From contig SHNG01000017.1 of assembly GCA_004295005.1 (NCBI GenBank), positions 15,969-79,968 on the forward strand: a stretch of 64,000 bases of DNA. Reading direction: 5' to 3'. Every line of letters starts with the position of its first letter. Within the stretch, counting starts at the first letter, position 1. Below are positions 49,461 to 59,779 of the stretch, piece by piece. The position numbers and the translations under genes were made by a program. The notes beneath the pieces were generated by a model. The model did no database searches. It was not told the origin of the DNA and worked only from the letters and a program-made list of their open reading frames with translations. The DNA comes from Gammaproteobacteria bacterium (GTDB taxonomy: Bacteria > Pseudomonadota > Gammaproteobacteria > Xanthomonadales > Rhodanobacteraceae).

Positions 49461-50810
49461 GTGCCGAATGAGCTTGCTCCCGCCTCGCCACTGCTGACCC
49501 CATCGGCACTGACCCGGCTGGCGCGCGAGGTGCTGGAATCGAACCTGGCCAATGTCTGGATCGAGGGCGAGCTGACGAATGTGTCGCGACCGGCTTCCGG
49601 GCACCTCTACTTCACCCTCAAGGATGCAGGCGCCCAGGTTCGCTGTGCCATGTTCAAGCCGCGCAGCACCTGGTTGCCGTTCAAGCCGGCAGACGGTCTC
49701 AAGGTGCTCGCACGAGGCCGCGTCAGCCTTTACGAGGCCCGTGGCGAGTTCCAGTTGATCATCGAACACATGGAGCAATCCGGCGAAGGCGCCCTGCGCC
49801 TGGCTTTCGAGCAGCTCAAGACCCGGCTTGCTGCAGAGGGATTGTTCGCCGAGTCGAACAAGCGCCCGATTCCGGCCATGCCGCGGCGCATCGGCATCAT
49901 CACGTCGGCCACCGGTGCCGCACTGCATGATGTCCTGCATGTGCTTGGAAGGCGCTTTCCATTGATCGAGGTCGAATTGCTGCCGACACCCGTGCAGGGC
50001 AAGGAAGCCCCGCCCGCCATCGTCGCCATGCTCGACGCCGCCGCCAGGGCCATGCGCCACGATGTTCTTCTGCTGACCCGCGGTGGCGGTTCGCTGGAGG
50101 ATCTGTGGGCCTTCAACGATGAAGGCGTCGCACGCGCCATCGCACGCAATCCCATCCCGGTGATTTCGGCAATCGGCCACGAGGTGGATTTTTCCATCTC
50201 CGACCTCGTCGCCGATCTGCGTGCCGCAACCCCGTCGGCGGCTGCCGAACTGCTGGTTCCTGATGCCCGAGAGATCAAGCGGCGGCTGCAACACGACCTT
50301 GGCCGCTTGCAGCAGCGCATGCGACGCCTGTTGCAGGCCGCCAGCCAGCGCAACGACCATTTGCTGGCGAGGCTTTCCCAGCAACGTCCGCAGACGCGAC
50401 TCGAACGCGGCCACCAGCGCCTTGCCCAGGCCCAGTCCCGCATGGCACGGCTGGCCCAGCATGAGTTTGCCAAGCGGCACTCGCGCCTGCTGAATCTGCA
50501 AACACGCCTGCATTCGCACCACCCCGGCACGCGCCTGAAGTTTCGCCGGGACAAACTGCAGGGAATTCACAAGCGACTGGACAATGCACAAGGGCAAGGC
50601 ATCGAACGACGCCGCGCCCGCTTGCAGGCTCTCGCTGCGAGCCTGCACGCGCTCAGCCCGCTGGCAACCTTGTCACGCGGCTATGCAATCCTGCTCGACG
50701 AGGGCTCGCAGACTCTGGTGCGCAGCGTGCAGCAGGCACCCGCAGGCACGCAGATTCGTGCTGTGCTGGCCGACGGCAAGCTGCGCCTGCGCGTCGAATC
50801 CGGCGATTGA
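49461..50810 (+). CDS. xseA: Exodeoxyribonuclease VII large subunit
   Basis: SGHLYFTLKD, RGGGSLEDLWAFNDE, SAIGHEVD, ATPSAAAE, LSRGYA. Confidence 0.96.
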   Translation: MPNELAPASPLLTPSALTRLAREVLESNLANVWIEGELTNVSRPASGHLYFTLKDAGAQVRCAMFKPRSTWLPFKPADGLKVLARGRVSLYEARGEFQLIIEHMEQSGEGALRLAFEQLKTRLAAEGLFAESNKRPIPAMPRRIGIITSATGAALHDVLHVLGRRFPLIEVELLPTPVQGKEAPPAIVAMLDAAARAMRHDVLLLTRGGGSLEDLWAFNDEGVARAIARNPIPVISAIGHEVDFSISDLVADLRAATPSAAAELLVPDAREIKRRLQHDLGRLQQRMRRLLQAASQRNDHLLARLSQQRPQTRLERGHQRLAQAQSRMARLAQHEFAKRHSRLLNLQTRLHSHHPGTRLKFRRDKLQGIHKRLDNAQGQGIERRRARLQALAASLHALSPLATLSRGYAILLDEGSQTLVRSVQQAPAGTQIRAVLADGKLRLRVESGD

Positions 50811-50940
50811 CCATCGGCAACGCAGGCGCACACAATCGGGCTGGCCCATCGGCTCGACGGGCAACCCAGTGTCTGCGCTGAGTTCAAGGACTGGCACTGG
50901 TCAAAGGATCAACCTGCACTACCTGTTGGCATCCACATCG

Positions 50941-50956
50941 TGGCAAGTTCATTGCG
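50941..50956 (+). promoter_or_regulatory. Putative sigma54 (-24/-12) promoter
   Basis: TGGCAAGTTCATTGCG (GG-N10-GC), 38 bp upstream of ALS start. Confidence 0.5.
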
Positions 50957-50994
50957 CGCCCGCTGCAAGTCAACCCGAACCAGGAGCAAGTCGC

Positions 50995-52635
50995 ATGAAG
51001 GCTTCGGATCTCTTCATCAAGGCACTGGAAAGTGAAGGTGTCGAGTACGTCTTCGGCATTCCCGGCGAGGAAAACCTCGACCTGCTGGAATCCTTGCGCA
51101 CCTCCACCATCAAGTTGATCCTGACCCGACATGAGCAGGCCGCCGGATTCATGGCCGCAACCTACGGGCGCCTGACCGGGAAGGCCGGAGTATGCCTGGC
51201 CACGTTGGGTCCCGGCGCAACCAATTTCGTCACCTCCGCGGCTTACGCGCAGCTTGGCGGCATGCCGATGTTGATGATCACCGGGCAGAAGCCGATCAAG
51301 GTCTCCAAGCAGGGCCATTTCCAGATTGTCGATATCGTCGACATGATGAAGCCGCTGACCAAGTTCACCCGACAGATCGTCTCGGCGGACAACATTCCCG
51401 CGCGCGTCCGTGAATCCTTCCGTCGCGCCGAGGAAGAACGACCCGGGGCCACCCACCTCGAGCTCCCGGAAGACATTGCCCACGAGCAAACCGATGCCAT
51501 CGTGTTGCAGGCCAGCTTTCACCGGCGCCCCATTGCCGACGACAAGGCCGTGCAGCGGGCGGTAGAGGCAATTCGCGAATCCAGGCAACCCATTCTCATG
51601 GTGGGTGCGGGCGCCAATCGCAAGACCAGCAGCAAGATGCTGCGCGAGTTCGTCGAGCGCTTCGGCATTCCCTTCTTCACCACCCAGATGGGCAAGGGCG
51701 TGCTGGATGAATCGCACCCGCTGTGGCTTGGCAATGCCGCGCTGTCGGATGGCGATTTCGTGCATCGCGCCATCGAACATGCCGATTGCATCATCAATGT
51801 CGGCCACGATGTCATCGAGAAGCCGCCGTTCTTCATGCGCCGTGGCAGGCGTACCGTGATCCATGTGAACTACCTGACCGCGGAAGTGGATACGGTGTAC
51901 TTCCCGCAGATCGAAGTCGTCGGCGATATCGCCAACACCATCTGGCGCTTCAACCAGACCTTGCAGAGGCAGGCGCACTGGGATTTCGCCTACGACGACA
52001 ACGTGCGCCAACATCTCAATGCCCACCTGGCCAAGGGCGCGGACGATGCTCGCTTCCCGGTGTATCCGGTGCGCCTGGTGGCGGACGTGCGCAAGGCCAT
52101 GCCGGATGACGGCATCCTCTGCCTCGACAATGGCATGTACAAACTCTGGTTTGCCCGCTACTACCGCTGTACCCAACCCAACACCTTGCTGCTGGACAAC
52201 GCCCTGGCCACCATGGGCGCTGGACTGCCCTCGGCAATCGCGGCAAAGATCGTCTACCCGGATCGCAAGGTCGTCGCTGTCGCCGGCGATGGCGGCTTCA
52301 TGATGAATTCCCAGGAAATCGAGACTGCGGTACGCCTCAAGCTCGATGTCGTCGTCTTACTCCTGCGCGACAACGCCTACGGCATGATCAAGTGGAAGCA
52401 GGCCAACATGAACTTCCCGAATTTCGACATGGACATGGGCAACCCGGATTTCGTCGCTTATGCCGAAAGCTACGGCGCCCACGGACATCGACCGACATCG
52501 GCCGCGGAGTTCGGTCCGCTGCTGTCGCAATGCCTGGCCACGCCGGGCGTGCACCTGATCGATCTGCCGGTGGATTATTCCGACAATGATCGCGTCCTCA
52601 ATCGCGAGATCCGCGAGCTCAGCGCCGAGTTGTAA
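50995..52635 (+). CDS. Acetolactate synthase large-subunit-like ThDP enzyme
   Basis: FGIPGEEN, RHEQAAGFMA, GPGATN, GDGGFMMNSQE…DN ThDP motif; AGGAG SD. Confidence 0.92.
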   Translation: MKASDLFIKALESEGVEYVFGIPGEENLDLLESLRTSTIKLILTRHEQAAGFMAATYGRLTGKAGVCLATLGPGATNFVTSAAYAQLGGMPMLMITGQKPIKVSKQGHFQIVDIVDMMKPLTKFTRQIVSADNIPARVRESFRRAEEERPGATHLELPEDIAHEQTDAIVLQASFHRRPIADDKAVQRAVEAIRESRQPILMVGAGANRKTSSKMLREFVERFGIPFFTTQMGKGVLDESHPLWLGNAALSDGDFVHRAIEHADCIINVGHDVIEKPPFFMRRGRRTVIHVNYLTAEVDTVYFPQIEVVGDIANTIWRFNQTLQRQAHWDFAYDDNVRQHLNAHLAKGADDARFPVYPVRLVADVRKAMPDDGILCLDNGMYKLWFARYYRCTQPNTLLLDNALATMGAGLPSAIAAKIVYPDRKVVAVAGDGGFMMNSQEIETAVRLKLDVVVLLLRDNAYGMIKWKQANMNFPNFDMDMGNPDFVAYAESYGAHGHRPTSAAEFGPLLSQCLATPGVHLIDLPVDYSDNDRVLNREIRELSAEL

Positions 52636-52697
52636 CACCGCGGCAGGCAGAGCCAGCGGCCGGCCGCCCTCCGAACCCAAGCAACGGGAGCGATTCC

Positions 52698-54134
52698 ATG
52701 CTCAAGGACCAGTATCCCTACTTCCTCGCCAATCAGGCATTCCAGGCCAATACCGACCTGGAAGTCACCGACAAATTCACTGGCAAGGTGGCGACGCGGG
52801 TTGCCTTGGCGGACGCCAGGGCCATCGATGCGGGTATCGCCGCCGCGGTTGCCGCAAGCGAGCCGATGCGTGATTTTCCCCCGTTCAAGCGCCAGGCCGT
52901 GCTTGAGCATTGCGTCATGCGCTTCCGCGAACGATTCGACGAGTTGGCCATGGCGCTGTGCATCGAGGCCGGCAAGCCGATCCGTGATGCGCGCGGTGAA
53001 GTCACCCGTCTCATCGATACCTTCAAGGTTGCCGCCGAGGAATCGGTGCGCATCAACGGCGAGGTGCTGAACCTCGAAATCTCCCAGCGCGCGCGCGGAT
53101 ACCGTGGCTTCACGCGCCGGGTTCCCATTGGCCCGTGTTCATTCATTTCCCCATTCAACTTCCCACTCAATCTTGCCGCGCACAAGGTAGCCCCCGGTAT
53201 CGCGGCCGGATGCCCGTTCGTGTTGAAACCGGCCAGCCGTACACCCATCGGCGCACTCATCATCGGCGAGGTGCTCGCCGAAACCGATCTTCCCAAGGGT
53301 GCGTTTTCCATCTTGCCGGCGCATCGCGACGGCGCCGATCTGTTCACCGTGGACGAGCGCCTCAAGTTGCTTTCCTTCACAGGTTCGCCAGCGGTCGGCT
53401 GGGATCTCAAGGCCCGGGCAGGCAAGAAGAAGGTGGTACTCGAGCTGGGTGGCAATGCCGCCTGCATCGTCGATGCCGACCAGCACGATCGTCTCGACCA
53501 GGTCATCGAACGGGTGATCTTCGGTGCGTTCTACCAATCCGGGCAGAGCTGCATTGGCGTGCAGCGCATCCTCGTTCACGAAGACATCTACGAGGACTTT
53601 CGCGCGCGCTTCGTGGCCGCAACCAGCAAGCTGGTCGCCGGCGACCCCAAGGACGAGAAAACCTTCATCGGTCCGATGATCGACGAGAAGGAAGCGCAGC
53701 GCCTGGATGAGTGGATCCAGCAGGCCGTTGCATCCGGTGCGCGCCTGCTGTGTGGCGGCAAGCGCACGGGCGCCATGCTCGAAGCCAGCGTGCTCGAAAA
53801 CGTGGGTGCCGAACAGAAGATCAACTGCATGGAAGCATTTGGTCCGGTGGTCACCCTGCAACCGTTCGCCACCTTCGATGACGCGCTGGCGGTGGTCGAT
53901 GACAGCGAGTTCGGCCTGCAGGCAGGCATCTTCAGCAATGACATCAACAAGGCCATGCGTGCCTGGGATCGGCTCGATGTCGGCGGTGTGGTCATTGGGG
54001 ACGTGCCGAGTTTCCGTGTCGACAACATGCCCTATGGCGGCGTGAAGGATTCAGGACTGGGCCGCGAAGGCATCCGCTATGCCATCGAGGACATGACCGA
54101 GATCCGCCTGCTCATCGTGCGCGATCACGGCTGA
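52698..54134 (+). CDS. Aldehyde dehydrogenase family protein
   Basis: PFNFP, KPAS, SFTGS, LELGGN, GQSC (catalytic Cys), EAFGP, PYGGVKDSGLGREG. Confidence 0.95.
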   Translation: MLKDQYPYFLANQAFQANTDLEVTDKFTGKVATRVALADARAIDAGIAAAVAASEPMRDFPPFKRQAVLEHCVMRFRERFDELAMALCIEAGKPIRDARGEVTRLIDTFKVAAEESVRINGEVLNLEISQRARGYRGFTRRVPIGPCSFISPFNFPLNLAAHKVAPGIAAGCPFVLKPASRTPIGALIIGEVLAETDLPKGAFSILPAHRDGADLFTVDERLKLLSFTGSPAVGWDLKARAGKKKVVLELGGNAACIVDADQHDRLDQVIERVIFGAFYQSGQSCIGVQRILVHEDIYEDFRARFVAATSKLVAGDPKDEKTFIGPMIDEKEAQRLDEWIQQAVASGARLLCGGKRTGAMLEASVLENVGAEQKINCMEAFGPVVTLQPFATFDDALAVVDDSEFGLQAGIFSNDINKAMRAWDRLDVGGVVIGDVPSFRVDNMPYGGVKDSGLGREGIRYAIEDMTEIRLLIVRDHG

Positions 54135-54166
54135 AGGCAAGCTCCAGCGCAGGCTCCCGGAGCGGA

Positions 54167-55420
54167 TCAATTGAAGCGCTGGAGCGCGTAAGGCGCGAGA
54201 TCCAGGCTGGTCGGCTTGCCGCAGAGCAATTCGCTGACCAGCAATCCGGTCATGGCCGACATGCTGACCCCGAGCATGCCGTGGCCGGTCGCCATGCACA
54301 AATTGGAAATACCCGGCACCCGTCCGAGGATGGGCAGATCATCCGGCGTCATGGGTCGCCAGCCATACCACTCCTCTTGCAACTGCGCACCGCCGGGTTC
54401 ATGCAGGCCCTTGACCGCGGCACGGCGCAACGCATCCAGCCGAATGCGGTTGAGGCTCGCATCGTATCCGGCGAACTCCATGGTGCTGCCGAGACGGAAT
54501 CCGGAACCCCAGGCGGTCACGCAGACGCTTTCTTCCTTCAGTACCAGCGGAATCCGCGGGCAAACCTGCGGCCGTGAATAGGTGATCGAATACCCCTTGC
54601 CGGGCTGGATCGGCAGTCGCAAGCCGAGTTGTCTTGCCAATGGCGCGGACCAGGCACCCAGGGCAAACACCACTTCGCGGGCAGCATGCACGCCCGCAGA
54701 TGTGGTCAACGACGCAATACGCCCCTGTTTCAGTTCGAAGGATTCAACACGCGCCTGTTCGATGATTTCGCCACCCCGCTCGCGCACGACGCGCGCCAGC
54801 TCGGCCACATAGCGATCCGGTCGCAGGCAGGCGTCTCCTGGATTCAGGTAGCCGCCGACAACGCCGGGCTTCAAGGCGGGCTCCATGGCCTCGACCTGCC
54901 GGCCATCCAAGCACTCCACGGCGATGCCGACTTCCCCAAGCGCGCGCGGCAGCCAGTCTGATTTGGCGAATCCCGCCGCATCGCGATAGGCGTACAGGGT
55001 TCCACTGCGCGTGAATTCGCAGGCAAGCCCGTCGCGCTCGACCAGATCGGCGATCATTTCAACCGAACCCACCAGAAACGGCGCCTTGACCCGGGTCGTG
55101 GCGGAGAAATCCTTCCAGTTGCAACGTCCGGTGAATGACAGCATCCAGCGGATCAATTCAGGATCCAGGCGCGGCTTGATGCGCAGCGGTGCGTCCTTGC
55201 GGAACAGCCACTTCATGGCGGTGCCGATCACGCCGGGCATGGCCAGCGGCATCGCGTGACTGGGCGTCAAGGTTCCGCAATTGCCGTGCGAACTTCCGCA
55301 ACCGACCGCGCCCTGGTCGAGGATGGTCACTTGCCTGCCCGCTTCCAGCAGGTAGCGTGCACAGGCAAGGCCAATCACCCCGCCGCCCAGGATCAATACA
55401 TCCGAATCGTGTTTTTGCAT
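54167..55420 (-). CDS. FAD-dependent D-amino-acid dehydrogenase/oxidase family protein
   Basis: ILGGGVIG, SHGNCG, PGKGYS, GWRPMTPDDLPILG, GHGMLG. Confidence 0.9.
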   Translation of the reverse strand: MQKHDSDVLILGGGVIGLACARYLLEAGRQVTILDQGAVGCGSSHGNCGTLTPSHAMPLAMPGVIGTAMKWLFRKDAPLRIKPRLDPELIRWMLSFTGRCNWKDFSATTRVKAPFLVGSVEMIADLVERDGLACEFTRSGTLYAYRDAAGFAKSDWLPRALGEVGIAVECLDGRQVEAMEPALKPGVVGGYLNPGDACLRPDRYVAELARVVRERGGEIIEQARVESFELKQGRIASLTTSAGVHAAREVVFALGAWSAPLARQLGLRLPIQPGKGYSITYSRPQVCPRIPLVLKEESVCVTAWGSGFRLGSTMEFAGYDASLNRIRLDALRRAAVKGLHEPGGAQLQEEWYGWRPMTPDDLPILGRVPGISNLCMATGHGMLGVSMSAMTGLLVSELLCGKPTSLDLAPYALQRFN

Positions 55421-55691
55421 GGGCGGCGATTCTACGGGTTCACCAGTCCGGTCCGCAGTACGGCAAATCGACCTGTTGGCAATCACTGTCAGCATTTGAC
55501 GCATGCGGGCAGCCCGGAGGTGGCATTTGGCGCGTCCTGTTTGGCCAAGAGGGCCGCCCACAGGCCGAAATCCGCGACGGGGCCCGCATCTCCCAAGGCC
55601 TCAATTCCGCTTGCCAGCAAGCCCGGTCACCATGTGTGGGGATGGAAAGCCGCCCTGCTGTCCAGTACTGACCAACCCGCCCTGTGGTTTC

Positions 55692-55707
55692 TGGCACGGA
55701 GAATGCA
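55692..55707 (+). promoter_or_regulatory. Putative sigma54 (-24/-12) promoter
   Basis: TGGCACGGAGAATGCA (GG-N10-GC), 38 bp upstream of ATG 55746. Confidence 0.5.
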
Positions 55708-55745
55708 TCAATTGCGGCATCCTCCCTGTCAACGGCGGGCTTTCC

Positions 55746-56057
55746 ATGACCACCTCGACCAACGAACTGCTGCTTGCACTGCGCGCCCCGACCTCCGGTT
55801 GGCTTGCTGCCGTGATCTGCGCGCTGGACGAAGCCCTGCTCGACCCCGATTTCACCGAACAGCACCGCGCCATGCTGCGCAACCTGCTCGACAACGGACA
55901 GGTTCCGGCCAGCGTCTCCGCGGCATCGCATGATCGCCTGCAGCGCTTCGAGGAAGCCGTGCAAACGCTCCACGATGCCCTGATCGGCGACGAATCCGCC
56001 CTGTGCGAAGCCCCGGCTCCCCGCCCGCACCTGACGCTCTGCGCCAGCGCTGCCTGA
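55746..56057 (+). CDS. Small hypothetical helical protein
   Basis: 103-aa ORF with typical GC3-rich codon usage (MTTSTNELLLALRAP…), followed by terminator-like hairpin. Confidence 0.7.
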   Translation: MTTSTNELLLALRAPTSGWLAAVICALDEALLDPDFTEQHRAMLRNLLDNGQVPASVSAASHDRLQRFEEAVQTLHDALIGDESALCEAPAPRPHLTLCASAA

Positions 56058-56065
56058 TTTCCATC

Positions 56066-56110
56066 GTCGCTGCGCGCATCCGAATCCACGCGCAGCGTCG
56101 GTTTTTTCTT
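56066..56110 (+). terminator. Probable Rho-independent terminator
   Basis: CGCTGCGCG…CGCGCAGCG stem followed by GGTTTTTTCTT. Confidence 0.55.
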
Positions 56111-56149
56111 CCGATTGACACATCGCCTGGCCTGATCCAAGGTCGGGCG

Positions 56150-56647
56150 ATGTTCGTTCTGCGCCCAACACTGCTGGTCTTGCTGCTGCTTCTGGGCGCT
56201 TGCGCAAGCTCACCCGACCCGCGGGAACCCGTGGAGAGCAGGCACACGCGACGCTCAAGCGATGCCATCAGCACGGCCAATGACATCCTGTTTCGCGCCA
56301 TGGCGCTGGTCGGCACGCCCTACCGCTATGGCGGAAACACGCCCGCTGGCGGTTTCGACTGCAGCGGGTTCGTGGGCTACGTCTACCGCGACAGCGCCGG
56401 CATCAGCCTGCCACGGACATCCGCCGACATCGGCGAAATCCGTGCGCGCAAGCTGTCGCTTGGCGAACTTGAAAGCGGAGACCTGGTGTTCTTTGCCAGC
56501 GGCCGCAAGATCAGCCACGTCGGCATTTACGTCGGTGACGGACGCTTCGTGCACGCGCCCAATCGCGGTGGCACGGTCAGGCTCGACCGCATTGACTCAC
56601 CGGGCTGGAAGGAAACCTTCCGCATGGGCAAGCGACTGATCGAGTGA
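56150..56647 (+). CDS. NlpC/P60 (C40) peptidoglycan endopeptidase lipoprotein
   Basis: Lipobox LGAC; GTPYRYGG, GFDCSG, GDLVFF, SHVGIYVG, FVHAP. Confidence 0.93.
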   Translation: MFVLRPTLLVLLLLLGACASSPDPREPVESRHTRRSSDAISTANDILFRAMALVGTPYRYGGNTPAGGFDCSGFVGYVYRDSAGISLPRTSADIGEIRARKLSLGELESGDLVFFASGRKISHVGIYVGDGRFVHAPNRGGTVRLDRIDSPGWKETFRMGKRLIE

Positions 56648-56691
56648 GTCCGGCCTTGACCCAGGAGCCGGACTACCCGGGATGCATTGCC

Positions 56692-57894
56692 CTACTTCTT
56701 TGCCGGCTTCGACTCCGCCTTCGGCTTCAGCAGGTCTTCCATGCGCTTGTCGATATTGCCGATCTTGTAGGCGGGCAGCACGAAGCTCCAGCCGCTGAAC
56801 GTGGCGTTGAGTGTGTCCACCTCGGCCTTCAGATCCGCAACGGCTTGCTCTGGAGTCCTGGCCGGCGAATCAGGGGCGGATTCGGTACTGGCCGGCTTGT
56901 CCTCTGAATCGGCTGACGTGGTCGCCGACCCCGTCTTGGCATCCGCTGGCACGGCCTCGGCTCCCTTTGTCTCGGCTGCCGCCCTTGCATGCGCCGTGGC
57001 TGCGGCCTCGTCAAGGCTCGCGCTGAAAGCAACGTAAGCCTTGTCAGCAACCTTCCATTCGCGCGCCTCGACGACCAGTCCGTCAAAGGTCTGGTAGCGC
57101 GCAACGGTTGCCTCGGCCGGTACGGGAATCTCGCTGCTGGAAGCCACGTCATCCATGCGCAGTTCCGACAACACCGATGCCAATCCGTTTGCGGCAAATT
57201 CCGAACTGGCTTCGCGGCCCTTGGGAATGTCGGAGAAGGTGAAATTCGAATCCCCTGCCTTGGCCTTGCCCAAGTGCAGGCGCTGACCATCGGCATGGCT
57301 GATGGTCACCGATGCGATACGGTCCGAGGAGATGTTGGCAAGGTCCTTGAGCAGCCAATCCGCTGCCTGCTTGTCCGGCAACAGGCTGCCTTTGGCAAGC
57401 CAGCTCTGCGTCTCGGCACTGCGCCGAACAAACGTATCGGCACCATGCGCACTGGGCAAGCCAACGATGAAATCGACCGGCTTGGCCGGGCCAGTGATAT
57501 GGACCTCGATACCCTTGGCCTCCGGCGACTTGATGTCGTCGACGCCAAGATCCGCATAGCGTGCCGAATCCGAGGTTTTCTGCTCCAGCAAGCGGGCATC
57601 GGCAAGCTTGAGCAACCAAGCGCGCAGCTTGCCGACATCCGCCGGATAGCCACCGCGCTGGGCAACCCTCCAGCGACCATCCTTCTGCTCCAGGGTCACG
57701 GCCGCGGTGGCATTGGCCGTCAGCAGCTCCACCTTGTTGATCTTGTCGAGTTCCCCGGCCAGGTCTGGCGCGAGCAATCCGGCCTGTGCACTGGCATTGC
57801 TTGCCGGCTGCCGGGAATGGTTCAGCGCAAGGGCAGCGCCTACGGCCACCACCGCAACGACAGTCAACCCGATCAAAGTCTTCTGATTCATCAT
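56692..57894 (-). CDS. DUF4340 domain-containing protein
   Basis: N-terminal TM anchor, WRV…GYPAD, LEQKT…LG, W-L-x-K; typical last gene of GldAFG-like ABC clusters. Confidence 0.75.
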   Translation of the reverse strand: MMNQKTLIGLTVVAVVAVGAALALNHSRQPASNASAQAGLLAPDLAGELDKINKVELLTANATAAVTLEQKDGRWRVAQRGGYPADVGKLRAWLLKLADARLLEQKTSDSARYADLGVDDIKSPEAKGIEVHITGPAKPVDFIVGLPSAHGADTFVRRSAETQSWLAKGSLLPDKQAADWLLKDLANISSDRIASVTISHADGQRLHLGKAKAGDSNFTFSDIPKGREASSEFAANGLASVLSELRMDDVASSSEIPVPAEATVARYQTFDGLVVEAREWKVADKAYVAFSASLDEAAATAHARAAAETKGAEAVPADAKTGSATTSADSEDKPASTESAPDSPARTPEQAVADLKAEVDTLNATFSGWSFVLPAYKIGNIDKRMEDLLKPKAESKPAKK

Positions 57895-57907
57895 GATGCC
57901 TGCTTCC

Positions 57908-59767
57908 TCATGCCTGCCGGCGCCGACGCGCGCGCCAGATCGCAAATCCAACCGCTGCCAGGGTCACCAACAAGGGGACCAGCACGATGTTGATGAACTT
58001 GAGCCTGCTGCCGAGTGATTCGATGTCTGCATCCAGGGAGCGACGTACATCACGCAGTTCCTTGCGGATCTCGCCCTTGCGTCGGGTAAAATTTTCGAGC
58101 TCGGATTTTTGTTCCGCGGACAGCACCAGTTGTTGATCCGAAGTCTTGGCACTTTGCAGTTGCGACAACTTGCGCTCGGTTTCCTGCAACTCGTTCTGCA
58201 GCTCCTTTTCCTTGGCGCGGAAACGCTCATCGGCACCGCGCCGCAGCGCTTCCACCGTGGAGAACGGACGCTGCGAGGTTGCACGACCGCGAATCGAGAT
58301 CAATGCGGAAGAGCCGGTCAGGTTGTCAACCGCGTTGAGCACGAAATCCCCATTGTCGGCAAAAGCATTCATGAGCTGCTGGCCAAGGAAATTCTGAACC
58401 TGCACCCACAGCCGATCACCGAGGATGTCGGTATCGGCAACCACCAGGATCTGGTTGTCGGCCTTCGATTCGGCAAGGTGCCCGGTTTCGCTGCGTTGCG
58501 GAAACGCGGTCTTGAACTTGCCGGAGACTCGGCCACCAATGACGTAACGCGTGCCGCTTGCCTTGAAGTCCGTCAGCAGCGCACTCGGATCAGGCAGCAT
58601 CTTCAGGCGATCCGCCGGCACGGTCATCGCGTCGGCAGAACTCTGCATCAGCGGTACCAGGGTCTTGTCGGAGCCTTCCGCGAGACCAAACGCACCGGCA
58701 CTGGAGACGTTCACACTGTCGAGGTTGGCTGTCACCACGTCATCGTGGCTGAGATCAGCTGCCGCGAGGCCAATGATGCCCGGATGACGCACGGCCCGGC
58801 CATCCTGGCCCATGCTTACCGGTACCGCCAGGGTGCGATCGAGTACCACGCTGGAACGGTCGAACTCGATGCCCCAGGCCTTGAACAGGGTGGACAGGTC
58901 CGAGGAGTGGTCGGCGAACATCGCTGCCTGGGGATCCTGCGGATCCGCACCCGAGGTATCCAACTCGGCATTCGGATCGACGAACACCATCAAATGCCCA
59001 CCACGCAACACGAACTGGTCGATGGCGTATTGCGCATCGTCAGAGAGCGCCTTGGGATGCACCAGCATCAGCACGCTGATTTCCGGATCGATGGTGTGCA
59101 GGCCGCCGGCATTGAGTTCGCGCACATCGAACAACTGCGACATCTGCTGGCGAACTGCCCATGGCGATGTCATCTGCCGCGTCTGCGGATCAAAGCCGGC
59201 ACCCATCGGCAAGCCCGAGATCAGGCCCACCACCGGCTTTTTCGGGGTCGCCAGCTCGTTGATCAGCTTGGCCACGTCGTATTCGAGGAATGATTCCTTG
59301 TTGGGTTGCAGGAACGGAATCACCGACTGCCCATTGGTGGAATTGGTACCGGCCAGGCCAAGGAAGATGGACTCGCCGTCCGCACTCACCGGAACAGCCT
59401 GCAAACCATAGCCAGTGGCCCGATCCTCGTCTTCGGAGAACGGCAACGGGTCGATGACTTCCAGGTGGATATTGCCATTGGAGCGCGCCGCCATTTCCTC
59501 CAGCAACTCGCGCACGCGCGTGGCATAGGTGCGCAACTGTGGAAGGCTTTGTGTTCCCTTGTCCGAAAAGTAGAAGTGGAGGTTGATCGGCTCCTTCAGC
59601 TCCCCGAGGATCTGCCGGGTGCCGGATGAAAGCGTGTACAGGTTGTTCTCGGTCAGATCAACGCGGGCCCCGCGGAACAGCACGTTGACAACAAGCATGA
59701 GGGCGACGAACAGGATGATCAGGATGATCAATGCGCCACCAGTGAAGGTCTTGCGATGTGAAGTCAT
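57908..59767 (-). CDS. GldG-family ABC-system auxiliary component
   Basis: DLTENNLYTLSSGT, IDPLPFSEDED, FLEYD, IDQFVLRGG, VVADTD, N…NAVDNL; TM at both ends. Confidence 0.88.
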   Translation of the reverse strand: MTSHRKTFTGGALIILIILFVALMLVVNVLFRGARVDLTENNLYTLSSGTRQILGELKEPINLHFYFSDKGTQSLPQLRTYATRVRELLEEMAARSNGNIHLEVIDPLPFSEDEDRATGYGLQAVPVSADGESIFLGLAGTNSTNGQSVIPFLQPNKESFLEYDVAKLINELATPKKPVVGLISGLPMGAGFDPQTRQMTSPWAVRQQMSQLFDVRELNAGGLHTIDPEISVLMLVHPKALSDDAQYAIDQFVLRGGHLMVFVDPNAELDTSGADPQDPQAAMFADHSSDLSTLFKAWGIEFDRSSVVLDRTLAVPVSMGQDGRAVRHPGIIGLAAADLSHDDVVTANLDSVNVSSAGAFGLAEGSDKTLVPLMQSSADAMTVPADRLKMLPDPSALLTDFKASGTRYVIGGRVSGKFKTAFPQRSETGHLAESKADNQILVVADTDILGDRLWVQVQNFLGQQLMNAFADNGDFVLNAVDNLTGSSALISIRGRATSQRPFSTVEALRRGADERFRAKEKELQNELQETERKLSQLQSAKTSDQQLVLSAEQKSELENFTRRKGEIRKELRDVRRSLDADIESLGSRLKFINIVLVPLLVTLAAVGFAIWRARRRRQA

Positions 59768-59779
59768 TCGAATGTTTCC

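Noticed and set aside
52698-55420. ALDH plus D-amino-acid dehydrogenase as a hydroxyproline catabolic cluster
   Set aside because: Genes are convergent; no proline racemase/epimerase or DapA-like deaminase present.
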